DNA from: Pirellulales bacterium | GTDB lineage: Bacteria > Planctomycetota > Planctomycetia > Pirellulales > PALSA-1355 | Reading direction: 5' to 3' | DNA length: 64,000 nt | Assembly (NCBI GenBank): GCA_963733035.1 | Contig: CAVTBU010000008.1 | Span: forward strand, 224,001-288,000 | Shown: in pieces, positions 1 through 9,018 of the stretch | Numbering within the stretch: the first letter of the stretch is position 1 | Layout: each line of letters opens with the position of its first letter | Notes under the pieces: model-generated | Told to the model about the DNA's origin: nothing | Databases searched by the model: none | Seen by the model: the letters and a program-made list of their open reading frames with translations, nothing else | Made by a program: the position numbers and the translations under genes

Positions 1-430
1 CCCGAATGTACAACTGAGTGGCCGCGCGTTCTTTATTCTCAGCGCGACGCATTCAGTCGTCATTCGATCGATCAACGGCGCTGCGACTTCGACGCGTCTC
101 TCGTGAACCCATTTAGCAGCGGTTCTACGCGACGCTGGCGACGAAAACGTCCAAAAAACCGGCAATTCCACATCGCTCAAGTTGCCGAGGGGGCCCCCCA
201 TTGCGCCGGGATCGTCCGTCACGATCGTCAGAATCTCGTGCTTGGACGCGCATAGAATGTTCAACCGTCCCAAACGGAACTGCAAAACACAGCATTTTTT
301 GCTCGGTCGCCCGGCGCGCACGTGCCGTGACCTAGCATGTTGGTAGTGCAGTGAACGTCCGTCGGTGACGCGAGTGATGCTTCGGTGCAACGCTTCGGCC
401 AGCTTGCCGGGCGGCGCGGCGAAACAAACT

Positions 431-446
431 TGGCGTGCCGGTCGCA
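431..446 (+). promoter_or_regulatory. Putative sigma54 (-24/-12) promoter upstream of csrA
   Basis: TGGCGTG-CCGG-TCGCA has GG at 432-433 and GC at 444-445, the exact GG-N10-GC spacing; it lies about 40 nt before the csrA ATG. Confidence 0.45.
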
Positions 447-483
447 TCGACTAAGGGCAGCCCAACACAGGAGGGGCACCACC

Positions 484-699
484 ATGCTCGTCTTATCTCG
501 GAAGGTAAACGAGACCATCATCATTAACGACAACATCGTGATTACCGTCGTCGACATCCGCGGCGACAAGGTCCGGCTTGGTATCGAAGCGCCAAAGGAC
601 GTTCCGGTGCACCGCCAGGAGGTGTACGACGCGATTAAACGTGCCGAGGGAACGGAAGGCGCACACAGGGCAGATTCCTCGAATTCTTCGAACTCATAG
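484..699 (+). CDS. csrA: Carbon storage regulator CsrA/RsmA
   Basis: MLVLSRKVNETIIINDNIVITVVDIRGDKVRLGIEAPKDVPVHRQEVY is a canonical CsrA sequence; SD AGGAGG upstream. Confidence 0.96.
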   Translation: MLVLSRKVNETIIINDNIVITVVDIRGDKVRLGIEAPKDVPVHRQEVYDAIKRAEGTEGAHRADSSNSSNS

Positions 700-708
700 G
701 GAGATCCC

Positions 709-1029
709 ATGACCACCCAAGAAAAAACACAGAAGCCAATGACGAAGACGGAAATCGCGACGCACTTGAGCGAGCGAACCGGTTTGAACAAGGCCCAAAT
801 CTCCAGCGTCTTCGAGTCGTTGGCCGATCTGGTCGCCAAACAGCTCAACGAAGGCCCCGGCATCTTTACGCTGCCTGGCCTGCTCAAGATCAAGGTGGTC
901 CGCAAGCCGGCCGTCGCTGAGCGGACGGGTATCAATCCCTTCACCAAGCAGGAAACCACGTTCAAGGCCAAACCGGCTCGCAACGTGATCAAATTGCAGG
1001 CGCTCAAGAACCTGAAGCAAATGGTCTAA
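709..1029 (+). CDS. HU-family DNA-binding protein
   Basis: MTKTEIATHLSERTGLNKAQ...FTLPGLLKIKVVRKPA...GINPFTK...KAKPARNVIK, HU/IHF fold with NPFT arm. Confidence 0.92.
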   Translation: MTTQEKTQKPMTKTEIATHLSERTGLNKAQISSVFESLADLVAKQLNEGPGIFTLPGLLKIKVVRKPAVAERTGINPFTKQETTFKAKPARNVIKLQALKNLKQMV

Positions 1030-1466
1030 CGACCAACCAGCTTGAGCGAGATACAACGGCAGCCGGAAAGGAATCTGGCTAGCCACGTAGCAGCCGTCCT
1101 CGTTGATTTCAGCGAGGACGGCTTTTTTTACTTGGGGACTCCGCGCCGGAATTCCCACCGCCTCCCAAACCGGCAGCGCTGAATCGAAAAACCCGCCAGG
1201 CGACGCCCGCCCGGGTCGGCCACCGTGGCGGGTTTCACCCCAGCCGAGCGTAACGTACCAAGACGACTCTGTTAAACCAGATATCAACTAGGAAGCCCGT
1301 TTTGTTTCAAAAACCTTGGCTGTAGTCCACGCAATTGTGGACGACATCCGGCCCAGCGGAGATCTGCGCGAGCGGGAGCTTCGTTCGTCCTGGTCGGCAG
1401 GAAATTTAACCCTTGGCGAGCTCGCCCGTATTCTCGATCGGGCACTTTCAGAAGGCGAAACTTCGT

Positions 1467-2672
1467 TCAAGAGGTCGGCGCGATTCGCCCGGTACCCAGC
1501 GATTCGAGCCGGGCGACAATCTCTGCGATTTGCCGGTGTTCGTCAAAATCCGCGTAGCGTTCCGCAAATCTTGCCGCGCCCTGCAACCGTTCGCCCTCGG
1601 CAAGCAACTTCTGAAATTGCCGCTCAATCTCGACAGCCTGGTCTGGTGGTGCTGGCAGGCCCGCATTCATCCGCATGATAGCCATCGCCAGCAGCGACTG
1701 CTCGACGTAGATCGGAATCTGCAGCGACGGTTTGCCAGCACGCAAGATGCTCACTGCCGTGCCGTGATTCGCGTTCAGAATCGCCACGTCACATTCTTGG
1801 GCGACGCGATCGATATCCAACGGCTCGGTCTCGAATCGCACGGTCGACCCTTGAAACCGCCTCCGCAATTCCTCGGGGATCTCGTTGCCGAAAACAATGG
1901 CCGGCTGGCCCGAGCGGCGAATCACGTCGAGTAGTGCCGGCAGTTCCGGAAACGGCTTCAGGTAGGCATAAATCTTCTTACCTGACGCCGCCGGCCAAAC
2001 CGGCTGTTTACCGAAACCACCCGACCACGCTCCCCAGTAGCGCACGCCGGGACGTGCACCATAGTGATCGAGTTCGGAAAACGTGACGAGCAAGTGCTCG
2101 TCACTAGGATGATATAGGGCGGCAAGATGCTCTAGCGGCGGCAGACGCAGGTGTTCGAGGACCTGATTGGCGACATCGAGCACGGTCTGATCATCGCGCA
2201 GCAACTGTGCGGGATCTGGATTCAGCCAGGGCTGCAGGCAGGGCATGGGTGTCTGATCAGGAGGAAGGAAGAACCCCGTCCCCAGCGTGACGCGCTTGGC
2301 GCGTGACCCTCGCGCGGCCAAGAGGGCCGTCGGGCTATGATCGAAGACAATCACATCGGGATCGACTTGCCGAAAGATATTGCGCCACGCCTCGCTCAAC
2401 GTGCGCAGTTCACCAGCATCACAAAAGCCGTTCTCGTAAAGGATATGAGAAAAACTAAGGGTCGGCCCCAGGTAGCGAGTACGCTGCTGTTTGAACGGCG
2501 CTTGCCAGCACGAAATGCTCTCCGCATTGAATATCGATCCGGCCTTGGCCAAGTCGCGTAGAACCAGCGCGACGCGGTGTCCCCTGGCGCTAAGCCCCGC
2601 AACGAGGGGGCGCAGGTTGATCAAGTGTCCTAATCCGTACCCAAGTTCCCAGGTGAAAAGGTAGGTGGCCAT
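1467..2672 (-). CDS. GT-B fold glycosyltransferase (GT1/GT28-like)
   Basis: N-terminal WELGYGLGHL, PDVIVFDHSP, C-terminal ANHGT...AGKPSLQIPIYVEQ nucleotide-sugar binding motif. Confidence 0.8.
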   Translation of the reverse strand: MATYLFTWELGYGLGHLINLRPLVAGLSARGHRVALVLRDLAKAGSIFNAESISCWQAPFKQQRTRYLGPTLSFSHILYENGFCDAGELRTLSEAWRNIFRQVDPDVIVFDHSPTALLAARGSRAKRVTLGTGFFLPPDQTPMPCLQPWLNPDPAQLLRDDQTVLDVANQVLEHLRLPPLEHLAALYHPSDEHLLVTFSELDHYGARPGVRYWGAWSGGFGKQPVWPAASGKKIYAYLKPFPELPALLDVIRRSGQPAIVFGNEIPEELRRRFQGSTVRFETEPLDIDRVAQECDVAILNANHGTAVSILRAGKPSLQIPIYVEQSLLAMAIMRMNAGLPAPPDQAVEIERQFQKLLAEGERLQGAARFAERYADFDEHRQIAEIVARLESLGTGRIAPTS

Positions 2673-2821
2673 GATCTCATGAACCACCCTGGATCAGGAC
2701 GGTCGACTGGGGAGAACGACATTCCGCATGCTGAGGACACGCGCGACGCAAGCGGTCTCCATTATCCCGCGTCAAATCAATCAGGTACGTAATTTGCCTG
2801 CGATCACGTCCGCATTCGGAG

Positions 2822-2892
2822 CTGCCCAGCAAGGATTCGAACCTTGACTAAATGGTTCAGAGCCATTCGTGCTACCGTTACACCACCGGGCA
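2822..2892 (-). tRNA. tRNA-Gln (anticodon CTG), CCA not encoded
   Basis: Reverse complement TGCCCGGTGGTGTAACGGTAGCACGAATGGCTCTGAACCATTTAGTCAAGGTTCGAATCCTTGCTGGGCAG folds as a cloverleaf: anticodon arm AATGG-CTCTGAA-CCATT, T-loop GGTTCGAATCC. Confidence 0.96.
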
Positions 2893-3118
2893 AAGAGGGC
2901 CGCGCCTGGCGGGAGCTGACACTCCAACTTGGCGACCGCATTTAAGCCTAGAATTGAGCCCTTTGTCCGTCAAGGCCGCCGGGCCCGCACGACCGGAGCA
3001 ACCCGTTGGTCGCGGCGGAAGCCGCCGGGTGTTCGCTGGTCAAACATTGGTTATACTGGAGTTTTGCGGCACTCGATCCCTCTTTGCCACATCGGCCCTA
3101 CCCGGGGCACCTGTCGCG

Positions 3119-3412
3119 ATGGCCAGTGATGCGAACGAAGCACCCGAGCGGCGCGTCGTGCATTATTCGGGCCGTGTCCAGGGAGTCGGTTTTCGCTACA
3201 CGGCTCGTGGACTGGCGGAGCGCCACGATGTGCGAGGATTCGTCCAAAACCTGGCAGACGGTCGCGTGTTGCTGGTGGTTGAAGACGTCCCCAGTAAGCT
3301 CGACCGACTGCTAGCCTCGATCGCCGACGAAATGGCCCAGTTCATTCGCAACACGCAATCGCAAGTTCTACCTGCCTGTGGCGAATTCACCGATTTCCAA
3401 ATCCGCCGATAA
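3119..3412 (+). CDS. acyP: Acylphosphatase
   Basis: SGRVQGVGFRY and GFVQNLADGRV signature motifs. Confidence 0.92.
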   Translation: MASDANEAPERRVVHYSGRVQGVGFRYTARGLAERHDVRGFVQNLADGRVLLVVEDVPSKLDRLLASIADEMAQFIRNTQSQVLPACGEFTDFQIRR

Positions 3413-3453
3413 CATCTCTCAAAACGCCTCTATCCAAGCCGGAACTTCTCTCC

Positions 3454-4962
3454 ATGTTCGGAATGCCCGTACTCGTTCTTGGACTCTTGCACACCTGGCT
3501 GACCCCCTTTTGGCTGCTTAGCGTGGGCGTGGCGGCCGGAGTCGTGACTCTGGCGATCCTCTACGGCGTATTGTTCCTGGCTTGGCGGCCGGCAGCCGAC
3601 TTCCTGGTGGCAAGCGTACGCGAAGGGATATTGCTGCCCCTCTTTTATCTCGCATTGTTCCTCACCGGTTTTGCCGTCTTGGGCACGTTTTTGATTCCAG
3701 CCTTGCCGTATCGAACCGTCGCCACATCAATTGCGCGCTTGCCGAACGTCGGCACACGCAGTTGGGACTTCGAGATTCCGGCCGAAACCACGGACTACAA
3801 ACTTGAAAAACTGCATCTGCGCCTTCCGGAGCTCAAGTCTTTTTCTGCCGACGCCGACGGGCCGCTCGCGATCAGCACAAATATTGTATCGGGACTGGGC
3901 CAGACACTCGGGATGCGTGTTGGTCCGGCCGCAGACGTCAGCTGGCAGCGCCCCGAGATTGAGGAAAAGAAACCCGCGTTCGAACCGCCATTCACCAACT
4001 GGACCGTCACGAACACCAGTTCGGCGCCGGTGAAATTGCACTTGGTTACGGTCACGAATTTGGAATTTCCCCAAGTCTACATCGTGCCCGTCACGGCGCT
4101 TTGTTTGATCGGGCTCGTCGGCGCGTATGTTGGCATGCGCACGGCACTTCCCAAAGTATCGGCCATCGCGCTAACCACCGCTCGCGACTCAATGTCCCAA
4201 CCCTTGTTTTACCTGGCATTGGGACTAGGCACATGCGGTCTCTTGGCCTTCGTCTATATTCCCTACAACACGTTCGGCGAAGATATCAAGATGCTCAAGG
4301 ACTCCGGCCTGATTTGGATCATGGTTTGGGGAATGATCGTCGCGATTTGGTCAGCAAGCGTGTCGATTTCCGAGGAGGTCGAGGGCCGGACAGCATTGAC
4401 GGTGCTCTCGAAGCCCGTCCAGCGACGGCAATTCATCCTCGGCAAGTTCCTAGGAGTGCTCGGACCGGTTGTCGTGTTGTTCATTGTCTTGGGCGTGCTG
4501 TTTCTGCTAACCGTTTCGTTCAAGGTCGTGCATGATGCCCGCGAAACGGCCAAAACCGAACCACCCTGGCAGCTTTGCTATCTTGAAATGGTCCGAATCA
4601 TACCGGGTCTCGTACTCGCATTCTTCGAGACGGTCGTATTGGCAGCGATTAGCGTTGCAATTTCCACTCGGCTGCCAATGCTTGCCAACTTGATCATTTG
4701 CTCATCAATCTACGTGCTAGGCCACCTCGTCCCGCTGGTCGTCAATTCGTCGGTTGGAAAGTTTGAAATCGTGCGATTTGTAGGGCAATTCATCGCCACC
4801 GTGCTGCCGGTACTCGATCACTTCAACATCCAGGCCGCGGTCGCCGCAGGTGTACGCGTACCGCTCGACTATTTGGGAATGGCGCTCGTGTATTGCGTGC
4901 TTTATTCCGCAATCGCGATGCTCGTGGGGCTGGCGATGTTCGAAGACCGCGATTTGGCGTGA
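3454..4962 (+). CDS. ABC-2 type transporter permease with N-terminal membrane/soluble extension
   Basis: SISEEVEGRTALTVLSKPVQRRQFILGKFLG ABC-2 permease motif, multiple TM helices, C-terminal FEDRDLA. Confidence 0.85.
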   Translation: MFGMPVLVLGLLHTWLTPFWLLSVGVAAGVVTLAILYGVLFLAWRPAADFLVASVREGILLPLFYLALFLTGFAVLGTFLIPALPYRTVATSIARLPNVGTRSWDFEIPAETTDYKLEKLHLRLPELKSFSADADGPLAISTNIVSGLGQTLGMRVGPAADVSWQRPEIEEKKPAFEPPFTNWTVTNTSSAPVKLHLVTVTNLEFPQVYIVPVTALCLIGLVGAYVGMRTALPKVSAIALTTARDSMSQPLFYLALGLGTCGLLAFVYIPYNTFGEDIKMLKDSGLIWIMVWGMIVAIWSASVSISEEVEGRTALTVLSKPVQRRQFILGKFLGVLGPVVVLFIVLGVLFLLTVSFKVVHDARETAKTEPPWQLCYLEMVRIIPGLVLAFFETVVLAAISVAISTRLPMLANLIICSSIYVLGHLVPLVVNSSVGKFEIVRFVGQFIATVLPVLDHFNIQAAVAAGVRVPLDYLGMALVYCVLYSAIAMLVGLAMFEDRDLA

Positions 4963-5143
4963 GCCAGGCCGCCGGTGTCTCTCCAACGACCACGAACTGC
5001 CGCCCGTCGCTCGACTGCGCGCCGGCGCCGTGAGACATTGGCAAGACCCCATGATTCTGGCCGCGTGCGGCCGCATATCCGGAGCTGCCTCCCGGCGTAC
5101 CGCGTGGCGATGGCCGCGCCTGGCTCCAATTCTCGGGCGGTGC

Positions 5144-6238
5144 TCAGCCCGCTTCGCGATGGACCGGAGGGTGGGAAAGCGGAAGACGCCAGTGAGGGCC
5201 GCGCAGGATGGGTGGCGTCTTGGAGCGCGCCTGCCAGCGATGCGATTGGACCGATTCGACGACCGCCTCGGCCACAGCCAGGGCATCTCGCCCTTGTTGC
5301 CCCGTAACGCGCGGTTGCGTGCCCGCACGTACCGCATCGACGAAGTCTCGCAGTTCATCCGCCAATGCGTTGCGTGATTCAACGGCGACGGGTTCGAGTT
5401 TCAAAATGTCGGCGAAGACTCGCTCCTTGAACCCGATCTTCTGCTCCGCCGGCAGGGAGTTGTAGTCAAAGCTGCCGTTGCGCACTGCCTCGCAGGGCGT
5501 AATGACCTTCACGGCCCGCAGGCCGAAGTCGATTTCCGCGAACCCTTCTGCCGACCACAATTGCATTCGCCGATTGGGAGTTTCGCTGCAGCTTACGCGC
5601 GAGGCGCTCAAATTGGCCACACAGCCGTCTGCAAATTCGAGCCGCGCCTGGGCGGCATCTTCCTTTTGTCCCAGAATGGGCACCCCGATTGCATCCACGC
5701 GTGCCAGGGGTGCCTCGACAAGCGAAAGCACCAGGTCGATGTCGTGGATCATCAAATCGTGCACGACGCCAATATCCGTCGAACGCCCGGTAAAGCCACT
5801 CGCTCGGATGGCATCGATGTATTGTGGCCGGCGAATCCTTGCCGCTGCCGCCGTGAACGCGGGATTAAAGCGCTCGATGTGTCCAACTTGCAAGATAGCG
5901 CCGTTTCGACGCGCCGTATCGACTAGCTCATCTGCTTCGGCAACGCTCGCTGCGATCGGCTTTTCAACGAGCAGCGGCGTACTCTGCCCAAGAAAGTCGA
6001 TAGCCACATCGCGATGAAACCGCGTCGGCGTGGCAATTACGGCCGCATCCACACGGCCGATCAACTCGCGGTGGTCAGCGAATGGCGTCGTGCCCGAGTC
6101 GAATGCTACTTGTTCGCGGGCCTGTCGCTCCGGGTCAGCCACGCCCACGAGCACGACGTCGTCCATTTGCGCGATGAGTCGCGCATGGATTCGCCCCAGA
6201 TGGCCAGTCCCGATGACCGCCAGTTTCAAAGGTTTCAC
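5144..6238 (-). CDS. Gfo/Idh/MocA oxidoreductase, GnnA-like (UDP-GlcNAc 3-dehydrogenase candidate)
   Basis: GTGHLG, VEKP, VGHIERFNP, DLMIHDID motifs; start overlaps the lpxA stop (GTGA). Confidence 0.85.
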   Translation of the reverse strand: MKPLKLAVIGTGHLGRIHARLIAQMDDVVLVGVADPERQAREQVAFDSGTTPFADHRELIGRVDAAVIATPTRFHRDVAIDFLGQSTPLLVEKPIAASVAEADELVDTARRNGAILQVGHIERFNPAFTAAAARIRRPQYIDAIRASGFTGRSTDIGVVHDLMIHDIDLVLSLVEAPLARVDAIGVPILGQKEDAAQARLEFADGCVANLSASRVSCSETPNRRMQLWSAEGFAEIDFGLRAVKVITPCEAVRNGSFDYNSLPAEQKIGFKERVFADILKLEPVAVESRNALADELRDFVDAVRAGTQPRVTGQQGRDALAVAEAVVESVQSHRWQARSKTPPILRGPHWRLPLSHPPVHREAG

Positions 6239-7041
6239 GCCGCTCTCCTGCGTTCCCGAGCCCGGCCGTGCTTGCCTTCCTGCTGCATTTGCACGAAGCT
6301 TAATAGCTCGTTGACGGGCGGAATCAACTGGTCGTTGCCCCGCAAGATCTCGCGAGCGTGATCCAGCCCGACCTTGGCGCGGTAGAGCAGTCGGTGCGCT
6401 TCAGCGAGCGAATTGATGACGTCCGGCGCGAAGTCATTTCGCTTGAGCGCCACGACGTTGATACAGCGCGGTCGCGCGGGATGACCTTCCACCAGCATAA
6501 AGGGTGGCACGTCGTGCAAGACGCGGCTGCAGCCGCTGATGAAACTGTAGCTGCCAACCGAGGCATAGTGATGAATCGCCACGGCGCCCGACAGCGAGGC
6601 GTGGTCGTGCACGTGAACGTGACCGCCAAGCAGCGTGCCGTTGGCAATCACGATGTGACTTCCAAGGCGGCAATCGTGGGCCACGTGCGAGCACGCCATC
6701 AAGAAGTTGTGGCTGCCAACGGTCGTGACGCCATCCTCTTTTTCGCTGGCGCGGTTGATCGTAACGCATTCGCGAATCACATTGTGATCGCCAATTACGA
6801 CCTGCGTATCACTGCCGCGATAGCTGATGTCTTGAGGTTCGCCACCAATGACTACGCCGGGCCAAAGATGATTGTGCTGCCCCAGCGTCACGCGTCCCAT
6901 GAGCGTGACGTTGTTCTCCAGGCGCGTGCCACGCCCGATGCGAGCATTCGGCCCGATCACGCAAAAAGGGCCGATCTCAACGTCCACGTCGATTTCCGCC
7001 CGAGGATGAATCGACACGTTGTCCGCGATACAGGTAGCCAT
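6235..7041 (-). CDS. lpxA: UDP-N-acetylglucosamine acyltransferase LpxA
   Basis: Hexapeptide repeats, GGEPQD, IRECVTINR, SHVAHDC (catalytic His), DVPPF. Confidence 0.96.
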   Translation of the reverse strand: MATCIADNVSIHPRAEIDVDVEIGPFCVIGPNARIGRGTRLENNVTLMGRVTLGQHNHLWPGVVIGGEPQDISYRGSDTQVVIGDHNVIRECVTINRASEKEDGVTTVGSHNFLMACSHVAHDCRLGSHIVIANGTLLGGHVHVHDHASLSGAVAIHHYASVGSYSFISGCSRVLHDVPPFMLVEGHPARPRCINVVALKRNDFAPDVINSLAEAHRLLYRAKVGLDHAREILRGNDQLIPPVNELLSFVQMQQEGKHGRARERRRAA

Positions 7042-7132
7042 GATAGCGCTCCGCATCCTTTCGTTTCGCTCTGCTACGGGCCTCCTTGCCCGCAGTTGTG
7101 GCAAACGATTTTGGCCCCTCCGTCGCTGGCCG

Positions 7133-8005
7133 CTAGGCGCTGCGACGCCGGCCTTCCACAATTTCCTCTTCGACGAGCAGGGCCCTGACGAGCTCCGCGT
7201 TCAATCGATGCCCGCTTCGATGGGCGATAAAATGCCCGACCAAATCACAACCGGCCAGGGCCAGGTCCCCCACCAAATCAAGGGCCTTATGGCGCACGCA
7301 CTCGTCGCGGTATCGTAGTTCATTTTCGACCGGCCCATTTTTGTCGAACACCAATACATTCTGATAGGTCGCACGACGACCCAGGCCCTTGGAAATCAAC
7401 CACTCCGCTTCCTCTTGTAGGACAAACGTCCGACTGGGAGCCAACTCACGCTCGAACGACTCGGGAGTCACTGCCAACTGTAACGTCTGCCGGCCGATGG
7501 CGTTGCCGCTACCGTAGTCCAACCGAAACTTGACCGACAATGCCCCGTTGGGACTCGGTCGGGCCTCGACCCAGGAATCCTCGGTCCCAAGCCGGGTGAC
7601 ATTTCGCACCACCAATCGCGGCCGCAGCGCAGCCTGTTCAACGAGGCCGGCTTGTCCGAGTGCCTCGACAAATGGCTGTGCCGAGCCGTCGCAGCCTGGC
7701 ATCTCGGCTTCGTCGACCCACACTTCGCAATTATCAATTTGCAATCCCGACAAGGCGGCCATCACATGCTCAACCATTTCGACGCTGGCCCGGCCACTGG
7801 TCAGCGTTGTTCTCCGCGGCGTTTCGATGCGGTTGGCCACCGAGGCGCCAATCCGGGCCTCTCCCAGATCACGGCGGACAAAGACGATTCCCGTGTCCGG
7901 GGCCGCAGGCCGAAACTCCAGCCGAACATCTCGGCCGCTCCAAAAACCAAACCCAAAGACCGAAACCGCCTGGGAGATCGTGCGTTGATTTCGTAGTGCG
8001 TGCAT
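7133..8005 (-). CDS. lpxC: UDP-3-O-acyl-GlcNAc deacetylase LpxC
   Basis: QRTI, VEHVMAAL, EMPGCDGSA, LAPSRTF, HKALDLVGDL (Zn motif), SGHRLN. Confidence 0.95.
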   Translation of the reverse strand: MHALRNQRTISQAVSVFGFGFWSGRDVRLEFRPAAPDTGIVFVRRDLGEARIGASVANRIETPRRTTLTSGRASVEMVEHVMAALSGLQIDNCEVWVDEAEMPGCDGSAQPFVEALGQAGLVEQAALRPRLVVRNVTRLGTEDSWVEARPSPNGALSVKFRLDYGSGNAIGRQTLQLAVTPESFERELAPSRTFVLQEEAEWLISKGLGRRATYQNVLVFDKNGPVENELRYRDECVRHKALDLVGDLALAGCDLVGHFIAHRSGHRLNAELVRALLVEEEIVEGRRRSA

Positions 8006-8080
8006 CAAGGCTGTTTGTGCGAACGACTGGGAAGAACTTTTGGACAACGCAGCGAACAGGGCCCTCCGTCGGCACCCGGC

Positions 8081-8731
8081 CTAGCGGCGCGGCGTGCCCC
8101 GCGGTTGAGCGGCCACGGCTGCCTTGCGGTTCAAGTCAGCCAGGATCACATCGGTGATGTCAATGTTCTTGTCGTAGTACATGACCAACTTGAACACTTC
8201 CATCTGCACCATTTCACGGTTATTCGGGTCGATGGGAGCACCGTTAAACCGCAGCACGAGCTGAATCCCATGTTGCTGTGAATACTCGGCAACCGCGGCC
8301 GTCAGCTCCTGGTAAGCCTTGAGATAGTAGGTGCTCTCCTTCTCGGCGAAGTCACGGCGCTTCGAAGCGACATCCAACTTCCAATCGCTCTCGGCCTTCG
8401 TGATCTCTTCCTCAAGCCGCTTGTATTCAGGACTCCCCGGCTGGAACGCCTTCAATCCTTCGGCCTTCTTTTGGATGCCGTCGCGGACCTTCTTGAGATC
8501 GTCCTCAGCCTTCTGCGCGAGGTTCTTGTAATACTCCATCGCGCTCTTGAGCTTGGAGTAGTTTTCAAGAATGAAGGTAACATCGATCACGGCGATGCCG
8601 TGCGGGCAACTTGGCGCTGCTGCCGGAGCGGCCGGACGAGCGAGCGGTTGCGGTTGCGCCAACACGCGGTCGGCAGCGCACGCAAAACAAGCGACGGCCA
8701 CGAGCGTGGCCACGAAGAGAGATGTTCGCAC
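8081..8731 (-). CDS. skp: OmpH/Skp periplasmic chaperone
   Basis: Signal peptide, IAVIDV, long helical coiled region, DITDVILADLN; GTG start after AAGGAG; upstream of lpx genes. Confidence 0.85.
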   Translation of the reverse strand: MRTSLFVATLVAVACFACAADRVLAQPQPLARPAAPAAAPSCPHGIAVIDVTFILENYSKLKSAMEYYKNLAQKAEDDLKKVRDGIQKKAEGLKAFQPGSPEYKRLEEEITKAESDWKLDVASKRRDFAEKESTYYLKAYQELTAAVAEYSQQHGIQLVLRFNGAPIDPNNREMVQMEVFKLVMYYDKNIDITDVILADLNRKAAVAAQPRGTPRR

Positions 8732-9018
8732 GTTTGAGCACTCCTTGCTGTAGACGGCTGGTCGTCCGTGACCTTGCGCTGTCCATCCGCAGGACATTCC
8801 GACCGGACCTGTCCAAGCAGGGCCCGGGGGGGGTCGATTTCAGGGCGGTATTCTGCCGAGAAGGCCAATTTTCGTAAAGGCCAATAATCGCCCGCGTTTT
8901 CCCGAGGGTTCGCCAGCTATCGCCCAAGCTTCATTTACACGCGAATTGCAATCCGGCGTTCAAAACGCGTCTTGCGTGCTCAGCGCGGAGGACAGGCCAA
9001 ACGGGGTTCGCAATTAGC

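Noticed and set aside
1..430. CsrB/RsmZ-like sRNA beside csrA
   Set aside because: No cluster of repeated GGA hairpins seen upstream or in 1030-1466.
1030..2892. Genomic island integrated at the tRNA-Gln 3' end (glycosyltransferase directly downstream)
   Set aside because: No integrase, no duplicated tRNA 3' fragment noticed, no obvious composition shift.
8826..8833. G8 tract upstream of skp as a phase-variation switch
   Set aside because: Short run in GC-rich DNA upstream of likely essential genes; no supporting evidence.
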